Origin: Octopus bimaculoides
Lineage: Eukaryota
Direction of reading: 5' to 3'
Assembly (NCBI RefSeq): GCF_001194135.2
Contig: NC_068981.1
Coordinates: 162,555,306-162,619,305 of the forward strand
DNA length: 64,000 nt
Positions 61,011 through 64,000 of this stretch are shown here, in pieces. The translations under genes were made by a program, and so were the position numbers. Positions within the stretch are counted from its first letter, which is position 1; each line of letters begins with the position of its first letter. The notes beneath the pieces were generated by a model. It made no database searches, had not been told where the DNA came from, and saw only the letters and a list, made by a program, of their open reading frames with translations.

Positions 61011-61539
61011 ACACCCCCGCCTCAACTGAGAAGGGATGTATTTTAGAGAGGTGCCTTCATGCCAGGTGACGAGGGATTAAAGTATGATAGAGGAACAGTT
61101 AGAGGTATCTTACTACAGAAGAGACACATAGCCACCCCCAGTTGGAATAGAGAGACAGGGAGAGAGAGAGAATACCTTATAAATTGTTCAAATTTTAATA
61201 CATTTCTCAGAGTTTGCTTTTTCATTACAGGAACATATATAATCCGTTTATTTTAAAATGTTCATTTTGTCACTAACATACTGTCAATGTATATTTCTTC
61301 CTGTGACTCTTATTTGTTGTTCAGTTATCTTGCAGGTTATATGTAATATCAGCTACTAACAATACTATGTAATTTAATTTCGGTCTTAACTTTAGTATTA
61401 TTGATTGCTGTGTAATGGGGAGAAAGACTGTGTTCTGTGTTATTCAGCTATTTTCATATTGTTCCTTTGTTATTATATGTTATTTTTCTATCAACCTCTC
61501 ACCAATAAGATTACTATTTCCTTTCTGTCATCTATATTC

Positions 61540-61960
61540 ATCTTGGGTAACAGTGTTAAAAGACATGTTTACAACCAATCCATCATTCCAACAAATTTCT
61601 TACAGCACAGAAACATTGAACCTGACAAAAGAACTAACAAGCTCAGAACAGCTCAAAATACTTGCAAAACACATTATGCTTGAAGTAATGTAGCAGGACC
61701 ATTAAATAATAAAATGAATATGAAAACAAACAAAACAAGATGATATTTTCACATATATAAAATTATTGAAATGGAGTTTGTCTGGAGATATCCAAAAGAT
61801 GAGTGAGAACAGGTGGATGTAAAAGCTAGCAGACAAGAGTCTGACAGACCACAAAAGAAAAAGAGGACAACAGTGAACAATTGGGGGAATGGACTGGATA
61901 GATTTGACTAAAATTGAAGATCAGAAATGCTATGATAAAAGAATGGAATATTTAGCAGAA
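61540..61960 (+). mobile_element. Degenerate RTE (BovB-like) ORF2 C-terminus
   Basis: ETLNLTK...KLRTAQ...IMLEV...KQTKQDDI...KWSLSGDI...ENRW across frameshifts. Confidence 0.6.
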
Positions 61961-62271
61961 AGTGTTTACATAGTGAGGCAACAGTGGCAAATTTGATTGA
62001 TAATACTGTTGAAACATGCATGCAACTATCATGCATTCATGGTTTGCAATTGTTAGTATTCATTCATAAGTCTTAAAGTGACTGATCATAGAATTGAAAA
62101 GCAGTAAGGAAAAAAGTACTCTGTAGTAGTTAGTTGTGTTCAAATCCCATTGAAGTTATCCTTGATCGTCATTCTTCCAAGATCAATGAAGTAAGAATCA
62201 GTCCAATACGAAACTCTCATCAAATTTGTGGCTTGTTCTTTAATTACAAATTGCAATTATTATTGTTGTTA

Positions 62272-62705
62272 AGTTGGCAAGCTGGCAGAATCATTAGCAG
62301 GTTGGGCATGTGCTTAGCAGCATTCTGTCTTTATGTTCCGCGTTAAAATTCTGCCAAGGTAGACTTTGCTTTTCATCCCTTTCGGGGTCAATAAAATAAG
62401 TACCAGTTGAGCACTGGGGCTGATGTAATCAACTTATTCCCTCCTCCCAAGATTGCTGGCCTTGTGCTAAAATCTGAAAGCATTATTGTTAAGGTGGCAA
62501 TCTGGCAAAATTGTTAGTGTTGGAAGAAGTGCCTTGCAGTATTTCTTCTGGCTCTCTATGTGCTGGTTTCAGATTTCATCAAAGTCATCTTTGTCTTTCA
62601 TTCTTTTGGGGTCAATAAAGTACCAGTCATGTACTGGAGTTGATGTAATCAACTTGTTCTCTTCCCTAAAAATTGCTAGCTTTGTGCCAAAATTAGAAGA
62701 AATTA
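62272..62705 (+). mobile_element. Two tandem SINE family C copies
   Basis: ctttgcttttcatccctttcggggtcaataaaataagtacc and a second, more diverged unit. Confidence 0.82.
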
Positions 62706-63694
62706 TTATTATTATTATTATTAGTAGTAGTATTATGGTGGTGGTGGACAAGACAGCAAGCTGGTAGAATCATTAGTTAGTATCAAAAGGGTTAATTCCT
62801 AAATGTCCCAATTCAGTACTTTGACCATTTTCTGACAATATTTCAAATGAATTACACTGCCTATGTGTTTTTAATTAATATTCAAGAATTCAGAGTGATT
62901 TGATGACATAACCTGTTCACAATCAAGTTTGTTTTTGGAATGTAACTCAAGAATTATGAGAGAAGATTCGAAATCAAATACGACTGACCATCTTTGTTAG
63001 GTTGGACTGTTGAATGTGTTCTATTGTATCCTTGAAGAAATGTAACTGAAAGCTAGACCAGTGCTTTGGTGGGGTCCCCACAAATAACATAATCGCTGAG
63101 GAGGGGAGACTGATGTTGATAGATAGGCTAAGTTAACTTTTAAGTATTTAAAAGTTAGAGCTTCATTTCTTTCAGTCATTTCTTGTGTAATCAATACATC
63201 AGCAGTTTGGCAAGGCTCTTTAAAAGGTTATATATTTATCTCCTTTCTAAATCTGTGCTTGACTCTTTATTTCTCTCTCACTCTTACCCCATGTTTATGT
63301 GTATGTATCTGCAATTAGTTTGTGTATGTGTGTGTGTGTGTATATTGTTATATGTTTTAGTATGCAATATGAATATGTCATACATATGTAATGTGTGTCT
63401 GTGGTGGTATATGTTCTATGTGTGTATTCTATATCTGTTAAGTGACTTCAGGAAATGTTGTACCAATTAAATACAGCTTACACGCATTAATTCAAAATGT
63501 TGATGTATGGTCATCTGTTACACAACAGAAACACACAGAAACAAGATTAAAATGAAAAGAAAGAGATAAAAGAAAATGAAAATCATGAAGCAAATATAAA
63601 TTTTTGATCATTATTTAAAAAAAAAATCATTATTATCTTGTTTTAATCCTTTCACTGAAATGTTGACTAAATTATACACACACACACACACACA

Positions 63695-63980
63695 CGTCGT
63701 TTAACGTCCGCTTTCCATGCTAGCATGGGTTGGACGATTTGACTGAGGACTAGTGAAACCAGATGGCTACATCAGGCTCCAATCTGATTTGGCAGAGTTT
63801 CTACAGCTGGATGCCCTTCCTAACGCCAACCACTCAGAGAGTGTAGTGGGTGCTTTTACGTGTCACCCGCACGAAGGCCAGTCAGGCGGTACTGGCAACG
63901 GCCACGCTCATCTCGCTCGAGAAACCTCATGTGTCACCCGCACAAGAGCCAGTCCAGGGGCACTGGCAACGATCTCGCTT
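63695..63980 (-). mobile_element. RTE 3' UTR copy (family D), young, with two internal tandem units of about 70 nt
   Basis: gtttaacgtccgctttccatgctagcatgggttggacg... and repeated gtgtcacccgcac..gccagtc..actggcaacg. Confidence 0.9.
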
Positions 63981-64000
63981 GAAAATCCTTCAACAACCCC

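Noticed and set aside
63845-63980. CRISPR-like repeat/spacer pattern
   Set aside because: These are degenerate tandem units inside the RTE 3' UTR, with no unique spacers and no cas genes, in a eukaryotic context.

Overview
AT-rich eukaryotic genomic DNA with many N-gaps, not a prokaryotic window: no CRISPR array, rRNA, true tRNA or operon was found. The repeat families (tRNA-headed SINEs with internal (TA)/(CA) microsatellites, RTE tails ending (GAT)n, TTAA MITEs) look like those of an octopod cephalopod (Octopus-like scaffold); this is recognition from memory, not a database result. Most of the 64 kb is dead mobile DNA: at least four SINE families (labelled A, B, C, F here), RTE, RTEX, CR1/L2, R4/Dong and L1/Tx1 LINE fragments, mariner and hAT transposase relics, and piggyBac-, hAT- and Tc1-type MITEs, often nested and with visible target-site duplications. 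No intact long ORF exists. Most ORF-track entries are microsatellite, gap or TE artefacts. Host genes appear only as short splice-site-bounded exon candidates: a plus-strand gene that may end near 21.4 kb, and a promoter/first exon near 46.4-46.5 kb. Both coincide with CpG-poor flanks around a CpG-rich centre (about 22-49 kb). The most interesting signal is three unrelated minimal type-I hammerhead ribozyme motifs (39055-39122, 39595-39645, 42458-42506) plus two head-to-head pairs of similar termini (49266-49388, 50470-50593), all of Penelope-like design and with no RT/GIY-YIG ORF nearby. Other notable items are a TSD-bounded chimeric SINE, a 117-bp near-perfect palindrome, a template-switch palindrome inside a SINE, and inverted SINE pairs around candidate exons. 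Coordinates were read by eye, and repeat edges are approximate (about +/-10 bp) unless a TSD is given.
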